Numbered from the stretch's first letter, positions 11,641 through 23,023 are shown. The stretch: 64,000 bases of DNA from Bacteroidota bacterium (GCA_013377115.1 JACAAW010000001.1:17063-81062), one strand, 5' to 3'. Numbers and translations: made by a program. Notes: generated by a model from the letters alone, not told the origin.

Positions 11641-12239
11641 GTCCTTTATTGACTGATAAAGCAATGCGTGATTATAAACTTGTTCAACTTGCAGTTGAAA
11701 CAGGAAATCAAAAAGCATATGCTGAGTTGATGAATTTTTACAAGGATTCTATCTATTTCATGTTGTTAAAGATGACCAACAATCCTGACGATGCTGATGA
11801 TTTGACATTGGAAGCGTTTGGGAAAGCCTTCAAAAAACTCAGTCAATATACTCCTGATTATGCATTTAGCACGTGGCTTTTTAAAATTGCCTCGAATAAT
11901 TGCATTGATTTTATTCGAAAGAAAAAGAAAAACACTTTTTCAATTGATCAGCCTTGGGAGAACTCTGATGGAAGTGAAGTTGCTCATAGCATACCTTCAC
12001 AAACCCTTGACCCTGAGAAAAAGTTTATCGAAAAACAAAAAATTCAATTAATGCGCGAGGTTGTTGAAAAACTGAAACCTAAATATCGTTCATTAATCGA
12101 GCTTCGCTATTTTAAAGAGTATTCTTATGAAGAAATAGCACAAGAATTGGATTTGCCTATTGGAACTGTAAAAGCTCAACTTTTCAGAGCCCGTGAATTT
12201 TTATTCAATATCTTAAAAGATTCTCAAGAAAAAATTTAA
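11631..12239 (+). CDS. ECF-type RNA polymerase sigma-70 family factor
   Basis: 202 aa. Region 2 (FSTWLFKIASNNCIDFIRK) and region 4 HTH (YSYEEIAQELDLPIGTVKAQLFRAR). The true start may be the ATG at 11664. Confidence 0.8.
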   Translation: MEVSPLLTDKAMRDYKLVQLAVETGNQKAYAELMNFYKDSIYFMLLKMTNNPDDADDLTLEAFGKAFKKLSQYTPDYAFSTWLFKIASNNCIDFIRKKKKNTFSIDQPWENSDGSEVAHSIPSQTLDPEKKFIEKQKIQLMREVVEKLKPKYRSLIELRYFKEYSYEEIAQELDLPIGTVKAQLFRAREFLFNILKDSQEKI

Positions 12240-12308
12240 TTCCTATTTTGAAAAAAATGTGCTATCAAAACAGAATGTATTTCTGAGTTAATAGCACAAA
12301 ATTACAAA

Positions 12309-13685
12309 CTACAGTCTTTCTAGTTCAACAGTAAAGTGACGCATAATAGGGGCTTCATAATTAATTTTAACGCCTCTTTTGATTGAATCTCTTCTATCAA
12401 AAACATTTTTTAGCGCAACAGCAATAACATCCATATGATTGTTGGTATAAACCCTGCGAGGAATTGCCAATCTTAAAAACTCTAATTGAGGATATCTGTT
12501 TTCTCTGGTGATTGGATCTCTATCAGCCAAAATTGCACCAATTTCAACGCCTCTAATTCCAGCTTCTAAATACAATTCAATACCTAAAGTTTGAGCTTGA
12601 AATTCCTCTTTTGGAAGATTGGTCAGAATTCTTTTTGCATCAATAAAAATGGCATGTCCGCCAATTGGCATTTGAATTGGAATACCAAATTCAATCAATC
12701 TATTGCCTAAATATTCTACTTGTTTAATTCGTGTTTCTAAATATTCGAATTCTGTACCTTCATCTAAACCTTGTGCCAAAGCATTCATATCTCTGCCCGA
12801 CATTCCACCATAAGTGATAAATCCTTCATAAATAATATTGAAAACGCTGGCTTTTCTAAATAAATCCTCGTCGCGCAATCCAATAAAACCGCCCATATTA
12901 ACGATGGCATCTTTTTTACTACTCATGGTCATTCCATCAGCATAAGAAAACATTTCTTTAACAATTTCTTTGATAGTTTTGTTTTGATAGCCATCTTCGC
13001 GAAGTTTAATAAAATATGCATTTTCAGCAAACCTTGCAGAATCAAAGAATACTTTTGTTCCGTATTTTTTTGCCATTGCATAAACTTCTTTCATGTTCTG
13101 CAATGAAACAGGCTGTCCACCAGAAGAATTACAGGTTACAGTTACAACAATTAATGGAATATTTTCAATTGGATTTTCGGTAAGGACTTTTTCCAGTTTT
13201 GCTAAATCCAAATTTCCTTTGAAAGGATGAATCGCAGTTGTATCAAATGCTTCATCAATAGTGCAATCCACAGCATGAGCCTTACGAAATTCTATATGAC
13301 CTTTTGTGGTATCAAAATGAGAATTGCCAGGAACAATGTCGCCTTCTTTTAGCAAAGCAGAAAACAATACATTTTCTGCAGCTCTTCCTTGATGAGTAGG
13401 AAGGAAAAAATTAAATCCAAGAAGATTTTTAATTGCATTTTTTAAATTATAATATGACGTTGCTCCAGCGTAACTTTCGTCGCCAACCATCATTGCTGAC
13501 CATTGTTTATCGCTCATTGCGCCGGTACCTGAATCTGTCAGCAAATCGATAAAAACTTGTTCGCTTTTAAGATTAAATAGATTATATTTTGCTTCTTTCA
13601 TCCATTGTTCGCGTTCTTCACGAGTACTTTTCCGGATGGTTTCAATCATTTTTATTTTATATGATTCTGAAAAAGGAAGTTCCAT
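12309..13685 (-). CDS. tnaA: tryptophanase (beta-eliminating lyase family; tyrosine phenol-lyase not fully excluded)
   Basis: 458 aa. IDLLTDSGTGAMS, PLP-lysine context SSKKDA, DSARFAENAYFIK. The FDTTKGH segment resembles my recollection of E. coli TnaA (FDTTQGH) more than Citrobacter TPL (FTTTRYH). Confidence 0.7.
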   Translation of the reverse strand: MELPFSESYKIKMIETIRKSTREEREQWMKEAKYNLFNLKSEQVFIDLLTDSGTGAMSDKQWSAMMVGDESYAGATSYYNLKNAIKNLLGFNFFLPTHQGRAAENVLFSALLKEGDIVPGNSHFDTTKGHIEFRKAHAVDCTIDEAFDTTAIHPFKGNLDLAKLEKVLTENPIENIPLIVVTVTCNSSGGQPVSLQNMKEVYAMAKKYGTKVFFDSARFAENAYFIKLREDGYQNKTIKEIVKEMFSYADGMTMSSKKDAIVNMGGFIGLRDEDLFRKASVFNIIYEGFITYGGMSGRDMNALAQGLDEGTEFEYLETRIKQVEYLGNRLIEFGIPIQMPIGGHAIFIDAKRILTNLPKEEFQAQTLGIELYLEAGIRGVEIGAILADRDPITRENRYPQLEFLRLAIPRRVYTNNHMDVIAVALKNVFDRRDSIKRGVKINYEAPIMRHFTVELERL

Positions 13686-13713
13686 TTTTTTAGTTTTTGT
13701 TTTTTATTAATAA

Positions 13714-15771
13714 TTATTTTTCAATTCTAATTCTGGCATCAACTGCCACAACTTTATCAGGACTTCCGAGCAATGGATTCAAATCCATTTCGAAAATTTC
13801 TGGTGCAATTGTTACCAATGCTGATAAACGCATTATGATATCGATGAAAATTTCTTCGTTCACACCCTTTTGGCCTCTAACGCCTTTAAGCATTTCATAA
13901 CTCTTCAATGATCGAATCATGCTTTTAGCTTCATCTTTACAAAGTGGTGCTAAACCAGAATTAATATCTTTTAGTACTTCAATAAAAATTCCACCAATAC
14001 CAGTAAGAATAATGTGTCCGAATTTATCTTCTCTTTTTGCTCCAGCAAATAATTCGAGTCCAGAAAGCATAGGTTGAATAAGAATCGCTGTAGTTTCGGC
14101 AATTTTTATCATTCTATCAAATTCACGAGCTGCAGTTTCTGTATCTTTAACATTAAGAACAACTCCGCCAACATCGGATTTATGAACAGGACCAACGACT
14201 TTCATTACAACAGGAAAACCTAAAGATTCTGCGGCCTTTACTGCTTCTTCTCTTGAGGTTACCACAGATTCGCCTGCTCTTGGAATTCCAGCTGCATCAA
14301 GCAAACTGCGAATATCTTCTGGTAATAAATAACCATTTTCTGATTTATCAATTACGCTACGAATCGCTGCTTTGTCGATCTCTGGCATTTCGAAATTTTC
14401 AGGAACTGGTTTTGGAGTGAAAAATATTTTCGACAAACCTTTGCCCAATGCGCCTTCTTCAGGGAAAAATATTCTGCCTCTGGAAATAAAATCTTCTATT
14501 TCCTTTTCAGCATTAATTATTGAAGGTAAAACAGGATAAATAGGCTTGCTGCAAGTTTTCATTTTTTGATCTAGCAAACGATAAACATTGTATACTTCAA
14601 ATAAACCTGGGCTACCAAAAATTACAACCATTGCATCGATATCAGAAAATTCGTTTTCGCAATAATCAATAATTCGTCCTAATTGTTCAGCTGTTCCAGT
14701 TGCTAAAAAATCAATTGGATTTGCTACTGATGAACCAGGGAAAAGACTATCTAATAATTCAATTGCTTTTGGGCCTTTAATTGGCGGAACTTCAAGTCCG
14801 TTATTTGAAAGGATATCTGTCAACATTACAGCTGGACCTCCGGCGTGAGTAATTACTGCAATGTTTTTGCCTTGTAATTCTTTGTGCATAAATATTGAAG
14901 CAATTGTGGTAAGTTCTTCTCTGCTATCACAACGCACAATTCCTGCTTTTCTAAACAGTGCATCAACAGCAACTTCGGGTGAAGCAAGGGCTCCCGTGTG
15001 AGATGAAGCTGCACGACTTCCTGCTGCAGAAGAACCAGCTTTAATTGCGGCAATCTTACATCCTTTTCTAATTAATGAAGAAGCGTGTTTTAAAAGCATT
15101 TGAGGCTTTTTTATATTTTCCATATATAAAAGCTTCACTTTTGAATCTCTTTCGGCATCAAAGCTCTCGTCCATATATTTTAAAATATCTTCAACACCCA
15201 TTTGTGCAGAATTACCAACTGAGGTTACACTAGCGAAAGTGAGTCCTTTTGGAATTCCAGCTTCCATAATAAAAACAGCTGTGGCACCAGAACCAGAAAT
15301 AAAGTCGATACCTTTTGGATCTAGTTTTGGAATTGGAGTCGTAAATACAACACTATAATTTGGATTTAAAAATCCAATGCAATTTGGACCAATCAAAGTT
15401 CCGTTGACACTGTTGATCAGTTCGACAATTTGACGTTCAATTTCAGCTCCTTCTTCATTTTCCTCGCTGAATCCAGCAGATAAAATGATAAATGCTTTCG
15501 TGCCTTTTTCTTTTACAAGAACTTCAACAGATTTTAGACAATACTGAGCAGCAATTGCAAGAATTGCTAAATCAACTTGTGGCAAATCTGCAACGTTAGC
15601 GTGGGTTTTTATTCCCTGAACTTCTTTTTCTTTTGGATTTACAACATAAACATTTCCTTTAAAATGGCCATCTTGTAAATTGAACAATACTTTTCCTCCT
15701 GGTTTATTAAGGGTGTTTGAGCCCCCAACCACAACGATACTTTTGGGATTAATTAATTCTTGGGTTACCAT
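13714..15771 (-). CDS. ADP-forming acetyl/acyl-CoA synthetase (fused alpha-beta, NDP-forming)
   Basis: About 685 aa from the ATG at 15771 (the track ORF extends to 15807). CoA-binding N-domain (IVVVGGSN), phosphohistidine loop SSHTGALAS, C-terminal ATP-grasp domain. Confidence 0.8.
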   Translation of the reverse strand: MVTQELINPKSIVVVGGSNTLNKPGGKVLFNLQDGHFKGNVYVVNPKEKEVQGIKTHANVADLPQVDLAILAIAAQYCLKSVEVLVKEKGTKAFIILSAGFSEENEEGAEIERQIVELINSVNGTLIGPNCIGFLNPNYSVVFTTPIPKLDPKGIDFISGSGATAVFIMEAGIPKGLTFASVTSVGNSAQMGVEDILKYMDESFDAERDSKVKLLYMENIKKPQMLLKHASSLIRKGCKIAAIKAGSSAAGSRAASSHTGALASPEVAVDALFRKAGIVRCDSREELTTIASIFMHKELQGKNIAVITHAGGPAVMLTDILSNNGLEVPPIKGPKAIELLDSLFPGSSVANPIDFLATGTAEQLGRIIDYCENEFSDIDAMVVIFGSPGLFEVYNVYRLLDQKMKTCSKPIYPVLPSIINAEKEIEDFISRGRIFFPEEGALGKGLSKIFFTPKPVPENFEMPEIDKAAIRSVIDKSENGYLLPEDIRSLLDAAGIPRAGESVVTSREEAVKAAESLGFPVVMKVVGPVHKSDVGGVVLNVKDTETAAREFDRMIKIAETTAILIQPMLSGLELFAGAKREDKFGHIILTGIGGIFIEVLKDINSGLAPLCKDEAKSMIRSLKSYEMLKGVRGQKGVNEEIFIDIIMRLSALVTIAPEIFEMDLNPLLGSPDKVVAVDARIRIEK

Positions 15772-16036
15772 ATTAAAATATTTTTGCGATAATGATAAAA
15801 TAAACAATAATTATTTTGCTTTTATTTAAACTGATCCCAAAATGAAATCAATCAGTTAAGAAAGGTAAAGAGGATCAGAAAAATAAAATATTAGAAAAGG
15901 ACAACAGAATAACTGTCGCGGTTTTTGATGTTTTTAAAGAGAATAAGTTTAATAAATAACATCATGAATTTGTTAAATTAGAAAGGTCAAATATAACAAT
16001 TTTTAAAATTCAAAATCAAAAACAATTCCTTGTTTT

Positions 16037-17011
16037 TTAGTGGTCGCGAGACATTAGAATTTCTGCAACTTTTTTCAATGCATCTTTTTTCTCCAAAGAC
16101 AAATCGATTTGATTCAAATTCCCTAATGCCACTTGATAAAAGGCTTCCATTTTCTCTTCAGTAAGCTTTTTAACGTCAAATTGATTAAAAATTTCTTTAA
16201 CTGTATTGACCTTAATATCATTGTCAATATCTAAAGTTGAGAATAATGTTTTTAATTTGTTTGCGTTGGTTTCATCAGCTTGTTCAATTGCTTTTAAATA
16301 AAGGAAGGTTTTCTTGTTGGCAATGATATCGCCTCCAGTTTTCTTGCCAAATTTTGATTCATCGGAATATAAATCTAATAAATCATCTTTTAATTGAAAA
16401 GCCATTCCCACATTTTCACCAAATTTATACATCAAATCAGCTTCTTCATTACTGGCATTCGCGATGATTGCGCCAATTTTTAAACTGGCACCCAATAAAA
16501 CTGCGGTTTTAAGACGAATCATATTTAAATAATCGTCAATAGAAACCTGCTCCATTGTTTCAAAGTTCATATCATATTGTTGTCCTTCACAAATTTCGAT
16601 GGCGGTTTGTGTAATCACTTCAATAATTTCGGAAAGTCTTGGGCTCTTGGTTCTAATTAAATATTTATATGCCAAAGCATACATCGTATCACCAGAAAGA
16701 ATTGCAATATTAGAATTCCATTTTTTGTAAACGGTTTCTTTACCTCTACGAATTGGTGCATTATCCATGATATCATCATGAAGCAATGTGAAATTATGAA
16801 AAATTTCTATTCCCATTGCAGGATATAATGCTGATTCCAAATCTCCATCGAATAAATTGCAACCCATTAAGCATAAAACAGGACGGATTCGTTTCCCCCC
16901 TTGCGACATGGTATAATCTATTGGGTCATAAAGCTCAATTGGGTCAGAATTAAATTTTTGTTTTTCGAACTCGTTTTGAACAAGTGAAAGGAGATGATCA
17001 ATGGTTTGCAT
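16037..17011 (-). CDS. polyprenyl diphosphate synthase (trans-isoprenyl)
   Basis: 324 aa. First and second Asp-rich motifs LLHDDIMD and LKDDLLD. Confidence 0.9.
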   Translation of the reverse strand: MQTIDHLLSLVQNEFEKQKFNSDPIELYDPIDYTMSQGGKRIRPVLCLMGCNLFDGDLESALYPAMGIEIFHNFTLLHDDIMDNAPIRRGKETVYKKWNSNIAILSGDTMYALAYKYLIRTKSPRLSEIIEVITQTAIEICEGQQYDMNFETMEQVSIDDYLNMIRLKTAVLLGASLKIGAIIANASNEEADLMYKFGENVGMAFQLKDDLLDLYSDESKFGKKTGGDIIANKKTFLYLKAIEQADETNANKLKTLFSTLDIDNDIKVNTVKEIFNQFDVKKLTEEKMEAFYQVALGNLNQIDLSLEKKDALKKVAEILMSRDH

Positions 17012-17012
17012 A

Positions 17013-17954
17013 TTATAAATTTTTCAGAAAAAGTTTTGAAGAAAGCACTTTTTGTATTCCTTCTTCAATTGGTAAAGGTTCTCTATCTAAGAGTTTCATC
17101 ATTTTGGTAATATCAGGAAATCTGCGTTTCATATCCCCTTCTTCAAGCTCAGGTAAATGAACGATTTTTGAATCTGATTTGGTGAATTTGATAATTAGTT
17201 TTGCTAGATCAAGTATAGAAATTTCAATATTACTTCCAATATTTATTACTTCGTTAATATGAAGATCGTTATAAAACGCAGTAACACATGCGTCAATATT
17301 ATCATCTATATAGCAAAAAGTACGAGTTTGTGAACCATCACCATAAATGGTAATATTTTTATTTTTAAGAGCTAAAGCAATAAATCTTGACATTACAAAA
17401 TCACGGCTTTGCTTTGGTCCATAGGTATTAAAGAATCTAAAAATAGTATAATCAAGATTAAATTCTTTATGGTATGACCTTAAAAATGCTTCGCCAATAT
17501 TTTTAACCACAGCATAAGGAACCCTGGAATTTAAAGGTGTTGTTTGCTCGTTTTGAGGAAATTCAACAGGTTCGCCATAAACTTCGGAAGATGAGGAAAA
17601 GAAAACTCTTTTTACTTCAGAATTTTTGCATAAATCTAAGATATTTTCAATACCATGTAAATCTTGCAGAACTTTCACTGGATGTTCTTGTGTTCTTTGA
17701 ACACCTACCAATGCAGCATAATGGAACACATAATCAAAATGAAAAGATTGCATTACACCTGCAATGTCGCGGTAATTATTTACATCACATTTTATAAATC
17801 GCCATCTATCTTTAGCTGGAGTTGGAAGTTTTGCAATATTTCCAGTAGAAAGATCATCCACTAAAACTATATAATTTCGGTCGTCTTTTAATAATTTTTC
17901 TGCCAAATCACTTCCGATAAACCCAGCGCCTCCAGTAATTAAAATTCTTCTCAT
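17013..17954 (-). CDS. NAD-dependent sugar-nucleotide epimerase/dehydratase (UDP-glucuronate decarboxylase-like)
   Basis: 313 aa. Rossmann motif GGAGFIGS and catalytic YxxxK (YAVVK). Confidence 0.75.
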   Translation of the reverse strand: MRRILITGGAGFIGSDLAEKLLKDDRNYIVLVDDLSTGNIAKLPTPAKDRWRFIKCDVNNYRDIAGVMQSFHFDYVFHYAALVGVQRTQEHPVKVLQDLHGIENILDLCKNSEVKRVFFSSSSEVYGEPVEFPQNEQTTPLNSRVPYAVVKNIGEAFLRSYHKEFNLDYTIFRFFNTYGPKQSRDFVMSRFIALALKNKNITIYGDGSQTRTFCYIDDNIDACVTAFYNDLHINEVINIGSNIEISILDLAKLIIKFTKSDSKIVHLPELEEGDMKRRFPDITKMMKLLDREPLPIEEGIQKVLSSKLFLKNL

Positions 17955-17995
17955 AATTTATATTTTCAAAAATAAAAATACAAAATTTCTTGCAT

Positions 17996-18856
17996 TTAGT
18001 CAATAAGGCTCATTAAATAATCTCCGTATCCACTTTTTAAAAGTGGTTCAGCAACTTTAACCAATTGATTTTTATTAATAAAGCCCATTCTATAAGCAAT
18101 TTCTTCTATGCAACCAATTTTCAATCCTTGACGTTCTTCAATTACTTGAACAAATTGCGAAGCCTGGATCAATGAAGCAAAAGTACCAGTATCAAGCCAT
18201 GCAGTTCCTCTATTTAGAATACCAACTTTTAATTTTCCTTGCTCCAAATAATATTTATTTACATCTGTAATTTCATATTCGCCTCTTTTGCTAGGTTGAA
18301 TATTCTTTGCTACTTCAACCACAGAATTATCATAAAAATACAAACCAGGAACTGCAAAATTTGATTTTGGATTACTTGGTTTTTCCTCTATAGAAATTGC
18401 TTTATGATCTTTATCAAACTCAACAACGCCATATCTTTCAGGATCAGAAACGTGATAAGCAAAAACAACGCCTCCATCAGGATTATTGTTTTCTTTTAGC
18501 AAGTTTTGAAGTCCGGTTCCATAAAAAATATTATCCCCCAAAACCAATGCGGCTTTGTCTTTTCCAATGAAATTTTCACCAATAACAAACGCTTGTGCTA
18601 AACCATTCGGAACAACTTGAGCTTCATAGCTAAAGGAACAACCAATTTGATTTCCATCTCCAAGTAATTTCTCGAAATTTGGCAAATCGTGCGGTGTCGA
18701 AATAATTAATATTTCTGAAATCCCTGCCATCATTAAAACTGACAATGGATAATAAATCATTGGTTTATCGTAAATTGGCATAAGTTGCTTGCTCACTGCC
18801 AAAGTTAATGGGTGAAGTCTGGTTCCTGAACCACCTGCTAAAATAATTCCTTTCAT
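17996..18856 (-). CDS. rfbA: glucose-1-phosphate thymidylyltransferase
   Basis: 286 aa. [11 protein letters not shown] motif and overall RmlA collinearity. Confidence 0.93.
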   Translation of the reverse strand: MKGIILAGGSGTRLHPLTLAVSKQLMPIYDKPMIYYPLSVLMMAGISEILIISTPHDLPNFEKLLGDGNQIGCSFSYEAQVVPNGLAQAFVIGENFIGKDKAALVLGDNIFYGTGLQNLLKENNNPDGGVVFAYHVSDPERYGVVEFDKDHKAISIEEKPSNPKSNFAVPGLYFYDNSVVEVAKNIQPSKRGEYEITDVNKYYLEQGKLKVGILNRGTAWLDTGTFASLIQASQFVQVIEERQGLKIGCIEEIAYRMGFINKNQLVKVAEPLLKSGYGDYLMSLID

Positions 18857-18862
18857 AAAGTG

Positions 18863-21271
18863 TTATTTTGTTTCTTCTTCTTTAATATTATCAAGGTTAA
18901 TTTCTTCTTCTGAATCATCATCTGATTCGTCAAAAATATCAATTATTGGCTGTTCTTTAAATGCTTTTGTTGTAACGATACTATCAAGAGATAGAATTAA
19001 TGAAGGTAAAACAATGATATTAAAAAACAGAGCCATGAACAATGTCAGTGAAATAAGCATTCCCAGCGCTTGAGTTCCTCCGAAATCGGAAAAGATAAAA
19101 ACTCCAAATCCAAGCACTAAAACAATTGAGGAGTAAATCATCGAAATCCCTGTTTCATTTAGAGCGTTGATGATGGATATTTTAATTTCGCCATTTCGCA
19201 GTTTGAGCTCATGCCGGTACTTCGAGAGGAATAAAATCGCATTATCAATAGAAATACCAAGGGCTACACTAAAAACAATTAATGTTGAAGGTTTTACCGG
19301 AATATGGCCAAAACCCATAATTGCAGCAGTCGAAAGCAGGGGAATCAAATTACATATCATTGCAATAATTACCATTCTGTATGAAGAGAAAACCAATGCA
19401 ATTAATAGTGAAATAATAATAATCCCAAACAAAACGCTTTCCAACAAGTTATTGATAAGAAAATCTGTTCCCTTGGTATAAACAACGCTATTTCCAGTTA
19501 TTACAACTTTATACTTTTCTGGATTAAAGATTGAATCAATTTTTGGACGCAGGTGTTTGTAAATAAGATTCATTTCTTTCGTACCAACATCAGCCATTTG
19601 AACGCTTATTCGAGTATATCTTTTTGTACTATCCATAAATGATTTAAGGATATTCTTTTTACCTTTAATTTTGCTTGGCATATAAGATAAAATGAAATCT
19701 TTTTCCATATCATTTGGCATTGAGTACTCAATAGAATCGCCGTTATAAAAAGATTGTCTGCTAAATTTTATCAATTCGGCCAAGGACATAGGTTTTGACA
19801 AAATTGGATATTTTGCAAGTTCTTGCTGAAGTTCATCTATTTTTCTGATTGTTGAAAGCTTCATTACACCGTTATTCTTCTTTGTGTCGATTGAAATTTC
19901 AAAGGGCATTACACCGCTAAAATTTTTCTCAAAGAATTTTAAATCTGTATAAATCGGATCATCTGCTTTTAAATCATCTACCAATTTCCCAGAAGTCTTC
20001 ATCAATGTAAGACCGTAAATACAAACGCCAATGAATATTATACAAACCGTATAAATCAATCCTCTTTTATTAAAAATTAAGTGGATTATTTTTTCAATAA
20101 TAAAATTAACTTTTCGGTTTTCAAGATGTTTAATTTGCTTTTCGGATGGAGGCTTTAAATAACTGAAAATAATAGGCACCAATACAAGTGACATAATAAA
20201 CGCAATCATTACATTTAATGATGCCACGATTCCAAATTCCCTTAAAATTGCATTTGAAGTAAAAATAAAAGTGGCAAAACCAGTAGCGGTGGTTGCATTG
20301 GTCATCAAAGTTGCGAAACCAATTCTTCTAACTACTTGAGATAAAGCTTTTACTTTATTGCCGTGGTTCTTATATTCCCAATGATATTTATTAATCAGAT
20401 AAATACAGTTTTCAATGGCAATTATTGTGAGCAGTGAAGGAATGATACCAGTTAAAATTGTGATTTTAAAGCCAAATAGTGAAATGATACCTAAAGTCCA
20501 GATAATACTCAAAGCTACTAATATCATTGAGGAAAATACAATTTTGGAAGATCTGAAGAATAAAATCATTATCAATGCTGAAATAAGCAATGATGCAATG
20601 ATGAATAATTTTAATTCCTTTTCAATCATCAATGAGGTTTGAGTCCGAATATAGGGTAGACCTGAAAAGTGAACCTCAGATTGAGTTTTTAACTTATAAT
20701 TATCAACTAAATCTTTAATTTTAAAAATAAGTTTTTCACGACTTTTGTCATTTATTTTCTTTCTATCTAGTGTTATTCCGATAAGATAAACTTGAGTTTT
20801 TTCATTATACACTAAGCCTCTATAAAAAGGTAGCGAAAGAATGACGTTTTTCAAACTATCAACTTCAGCTTGATCCTTTGGCATGTTTTGAACAACTGAA
20901 ATAAAATCGAATTTTTTTGTGCTGTCGTTTTTTACGATATTAAGCATTCGGGTAATAGAAACCAGTTCCTCAACACTTTCGAGTTTCCTAATATCTTCAC
21001 AAAGCTGATAAACGGCACAAAACTGTTTGTATTCGAAAATTTTATCGTTTTTTATTCCAACAGCGAAAATATTTCCGTCCTCTCCAAATCTAGTTTTAAA
21101 TGTTTCGTATTCAACATTAGCACTATCATTTGCAGGAAGCATTTTTGCAAGCTCATACGACATTTTCACATTTAAGGCTTTATAAGCCATGAATGCGGTA
21201 AGTAGTGAGATTACAATAATGATGGTTAATCTGTATCGTAATATTATTCTAACAAGTATGGTCCACATCAA
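18863..21271 (-). CDS. MMPL/RND-superfamily exporter
   Basis: 802 aa. Duplicated architecture: 1 TM, a large loop and 5 TM, occurring twice. Acidic C-terminal tail. Confidence 0.7.
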   Translation of the reverse strand: MMWTILVRIILRYRLTIIIVISLLTAFMAYKALNVKMSYELAKMLPANDSANVEYETFKTRFGEDGNIFAVGIKNDKIFEYKQFCAVYQLCEDIRKLESVEELVSITRMLNIVKNDSTKKFDFISVVQNMPKDQAEVDSLKNVILSLPFYRGLVYNEKTQVYLIGITLDRKKINDKSREKLIFKIKDLVDNYKLKTQSEVHFSGLPYIRTQTSLMIEKELKLFIIASLLISALIMILFFRSSKIVFSSMILVALSIIWTLGIISLFGFKITILTGIIPSLLTIIAIENCIYLINKYHWEYKNHGNKVKALSQVVRRIGFATLMTNATTATGFATFIFTSNAILREFGIVASLNVMIAFIMSLVLVPIIFSYLKPPSEKQIKHLENRKVNFIIEKIIHLIFNKRGLIYTVCIIFIGVCIYGLTLMKTSGKLVDDLKADDPIYTDLKFFEKNFSGVMPFEISIDTKKNNGVMKLSTIRKIDELQQELAKYPILSKPMSLAELIKFSRQSFYNGDSIEYSMPNDMEKDFILSYMPSKIKGKKNILKSFMDSTKRYTRISVQMADVGTKEMNLIYKHLRPKIDSIFNPEKYKVVITGNSVVYTKGTDFLINNLLESVLFGIIIISLLIALVFSSYRMVIIAMICNLIPLLSTAAIMGFGHIPVKPSTLIVFSVALGISIDNAILFLSKYRHELKLRNGEIKISIINALNETGISMIYSSIVLVLGFGVFIFSDFGGTQALGMLISLTLFMALFFNIIVLPSLILSLDSIVTTKAFKEQPIIDIFDESDDDSEEEINLDNIKEEETK

Positions 21272-21488
21272 AAATCGAAATTATAACCGTTTTATTTATT
21301 AAAAATCCTAAATCCAATGGATTTAACCGCCAAAATTAAGATTTTCATTTGTAATTCAAAAGATTAATAGTTAAATAATGTGGTTTTGATTTCGAAACAG
21401 CAATAAAAATAATGTTTATAGAGGATTTACAACAAAATATTTTTGGTGATATTATTCAAATTTAATAAGTTTGGAAAAAAATTTAAAT

Positions 21489-21998
21489 ATGGAAACCCAA
21501 GATTGTATAGTAAGTAGACGAAGTATTCGCAAATATAAAACTCAGGAAATTAGCAAAGAAATTGTTTCGAAACTTCTGGAAGCCGCAATGTATGCACCTT
21601 CAGCAAGAAACACCCAATCTTGGCAATTTATTGTAATTTCTGACAAAGAAAAATTGGCTGCAATTACCAAAGTTCATCCTTATGCAAAAATGCTTTTGGA
21701 AGCTCCGTTGGCAATTTTAGTTTGTGGTGATAAATTAAAAGAAGAAAATGAAAGTTATCTAGCAATTAATTGTTCTGCCGCAACTCAAAACATTTTGTTG
21801 TCTGCCCATAGTTTGGAAATTGGTTCCGTTTGGTTAGGTGTTTATCCCAGAATTGAAAGAATTACCCCTTTAATTGATTTGTTTGAGTTACCAGAACACA
21901 TTCTACCAATTTCTCTAATTGCTTTAGGTTATGCAGATGAACAAAAAGAAATTCCCGTGAGATTTAATCTTGAGAATATCCATTACGAAAAATTCTAA
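21489..21998 (+). CDS. nitroreductase-family FMN oxidoreductase
   Basis: The track ORF starts at a TTG (21471); the first ATG is at 21489. RRSIRKY, PSARNTQSW and a C-terminal GY..E region are typical of NfnB/NfsA-fold proteins. Confidence 0.75.
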   Translation: METQDCIVSRRSIRKYKTQEISKEIVSKLLEAAMYAPSARNTQSWQFIVISDKEKLAAITKVHPYAKMLLEAPLAILVCGDKLKEENESYLAINCSAATQNILLSAHSLEIGSVWLGVYPRIERITPLIDLFELPEHILPISLIALGYADEQKEIPVRFNLENIHYEKF

Positions 21999-22015
21999 GG
22001 AAGATTATTTTGCAT

Positions 22016-22043
22016 AAAAAAACCCCGAAAATTCGGGGTTTTT
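22016..22043. terminator. bidirectional rho-independent terminator between convergent genes
   Basis: aaaaaccccgaaaattcggggttttt: a 6-bp GC-rich stem (ccccga/tcgggg) with a 4-nt loop, an A-run 5' and a T-run 3'. It sits between the nitroreductase stop (21998) and the etfA stop (22052). Confidence 0.8.
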
Positions 22044-22051
22044 GAATATTA

Positions 22052-23023
22052 TTAATTTGCTTTTAATTCTTTTACTGCAGAAATAAGGTCGGGCAATACT
22101 TTTTGTAAATCGCCAACAATTCCATAATCAGCCGCTTCAAAAATTGGAGCATCAGGATCTTTATTAACAGCAACAATGCATTTCGCACCACTTATTCCAC
22201 CAAGATGTTGTATTGCACCAGAAATTCCAAATGCAAAATACAAATTAGGAGCAATAATTTTTCCTGTTTGTCCGGTATGTTCTTCGTGAGGTCTCCAACC
22301 TTCGTCAGACACTGGGCGTGAACAAGCTGTTCCTGCGCCCAAAAGCACTGCTAATTCTTCAATTGGACCCCAGTTTTCGCCACTTTTCATTCCTCTTCCG
22401 CCAGAAACAACTATTTCGGCATCAGATAAAAGAATTTTTCCAGTAACTTTATTTACATCTACGACTTTGGTTTTAAAATCTGAGTCTTTCAATTCTGGAT
22501 TAAACTGCTCAATCGTTCCACTTGCTGGACCTTCAACCAAGCCGAAGGCATTTTGAAGAAGCGTTACAATTTTTACTGGAGTTTTAATAACCAAATTTGC
22601 CAATGCTTTTGAAGTATAGATCTTTTTTGTAATTGTAAACGGTTCTGTACTTGAAGGAAGTGTCATCACTCCTGTTGCAAGACCTGCTTTCAATCTAACT
22701 GAAAGTCTTGGAGCAATTGCTTTACCAGAATTATTATGAGCAAAAACTATTACAGTTGCATTTTCTTTTGCTACGGCTTCAGCCAAAACAGAAGTATAAG
22801 CTTGGTTGTTTAAACCATTCAATTTTTCGTTATTTGCATTTAATATTTTAGAAGCACCGTAATTGCTAAGTTTTTTTAATTCTTCTTCGCCAACATTACC
22901 AATAGAAACAACAACAACCGAAGTGTTGAGTTTTTTGGCAATTTCGTTTGCATAAGAAACCAATTCGAAGGATAGCTTTTTAAATTTACCATCCCAGTTT
23001 TCTGTATAAACTAATACTGACAT
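22052..23023 (-). CDS. etfA: electron transfer flavoprotein subunit alpha
   Basis: 323 aa. C-terminal FAD-binding region ([23 protein letters not shown]). Confidence 0.9.
   Translation of the reverse strand: MSVLVYTENWDGKFKKLSFELVSYANEIAKKLNTSVVVVSIGNVGEEELKKLSNYGASKILNANNEKLNGLNNQAYTSVLAEAVAKENATVIVFAHNNSGKAIAPRLSVRLKAGLATGVMTLPSSTEPFTITKKIYTSKALANLVIKTPVKIVTLLQNAFGLVEGPASGTIEQFNPELKDSDFKTKVVDVNKVTGKILLSDAEIVVSGGRGMKSGENWGPIEELAVLLGAGTACSRPVSDEGWRPHEEHTGQTGKIIAPNLYFAFGISGAIQHLGGISGAKCIVAVNKDPDAPIFEAADYGIVGDLQKVLPDLISAVKELKAN

Noticed and set aside
15772-15807. 12-codon N-terminal extension of the first ADP-forming synthetase
   Set aside because: The conserved CoA-binding domain begins right after the internal Met (MVTQELINPKSIVVVGG). 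The upstream codons look like read-through of the leader. This is not decisive, and either start is possible.
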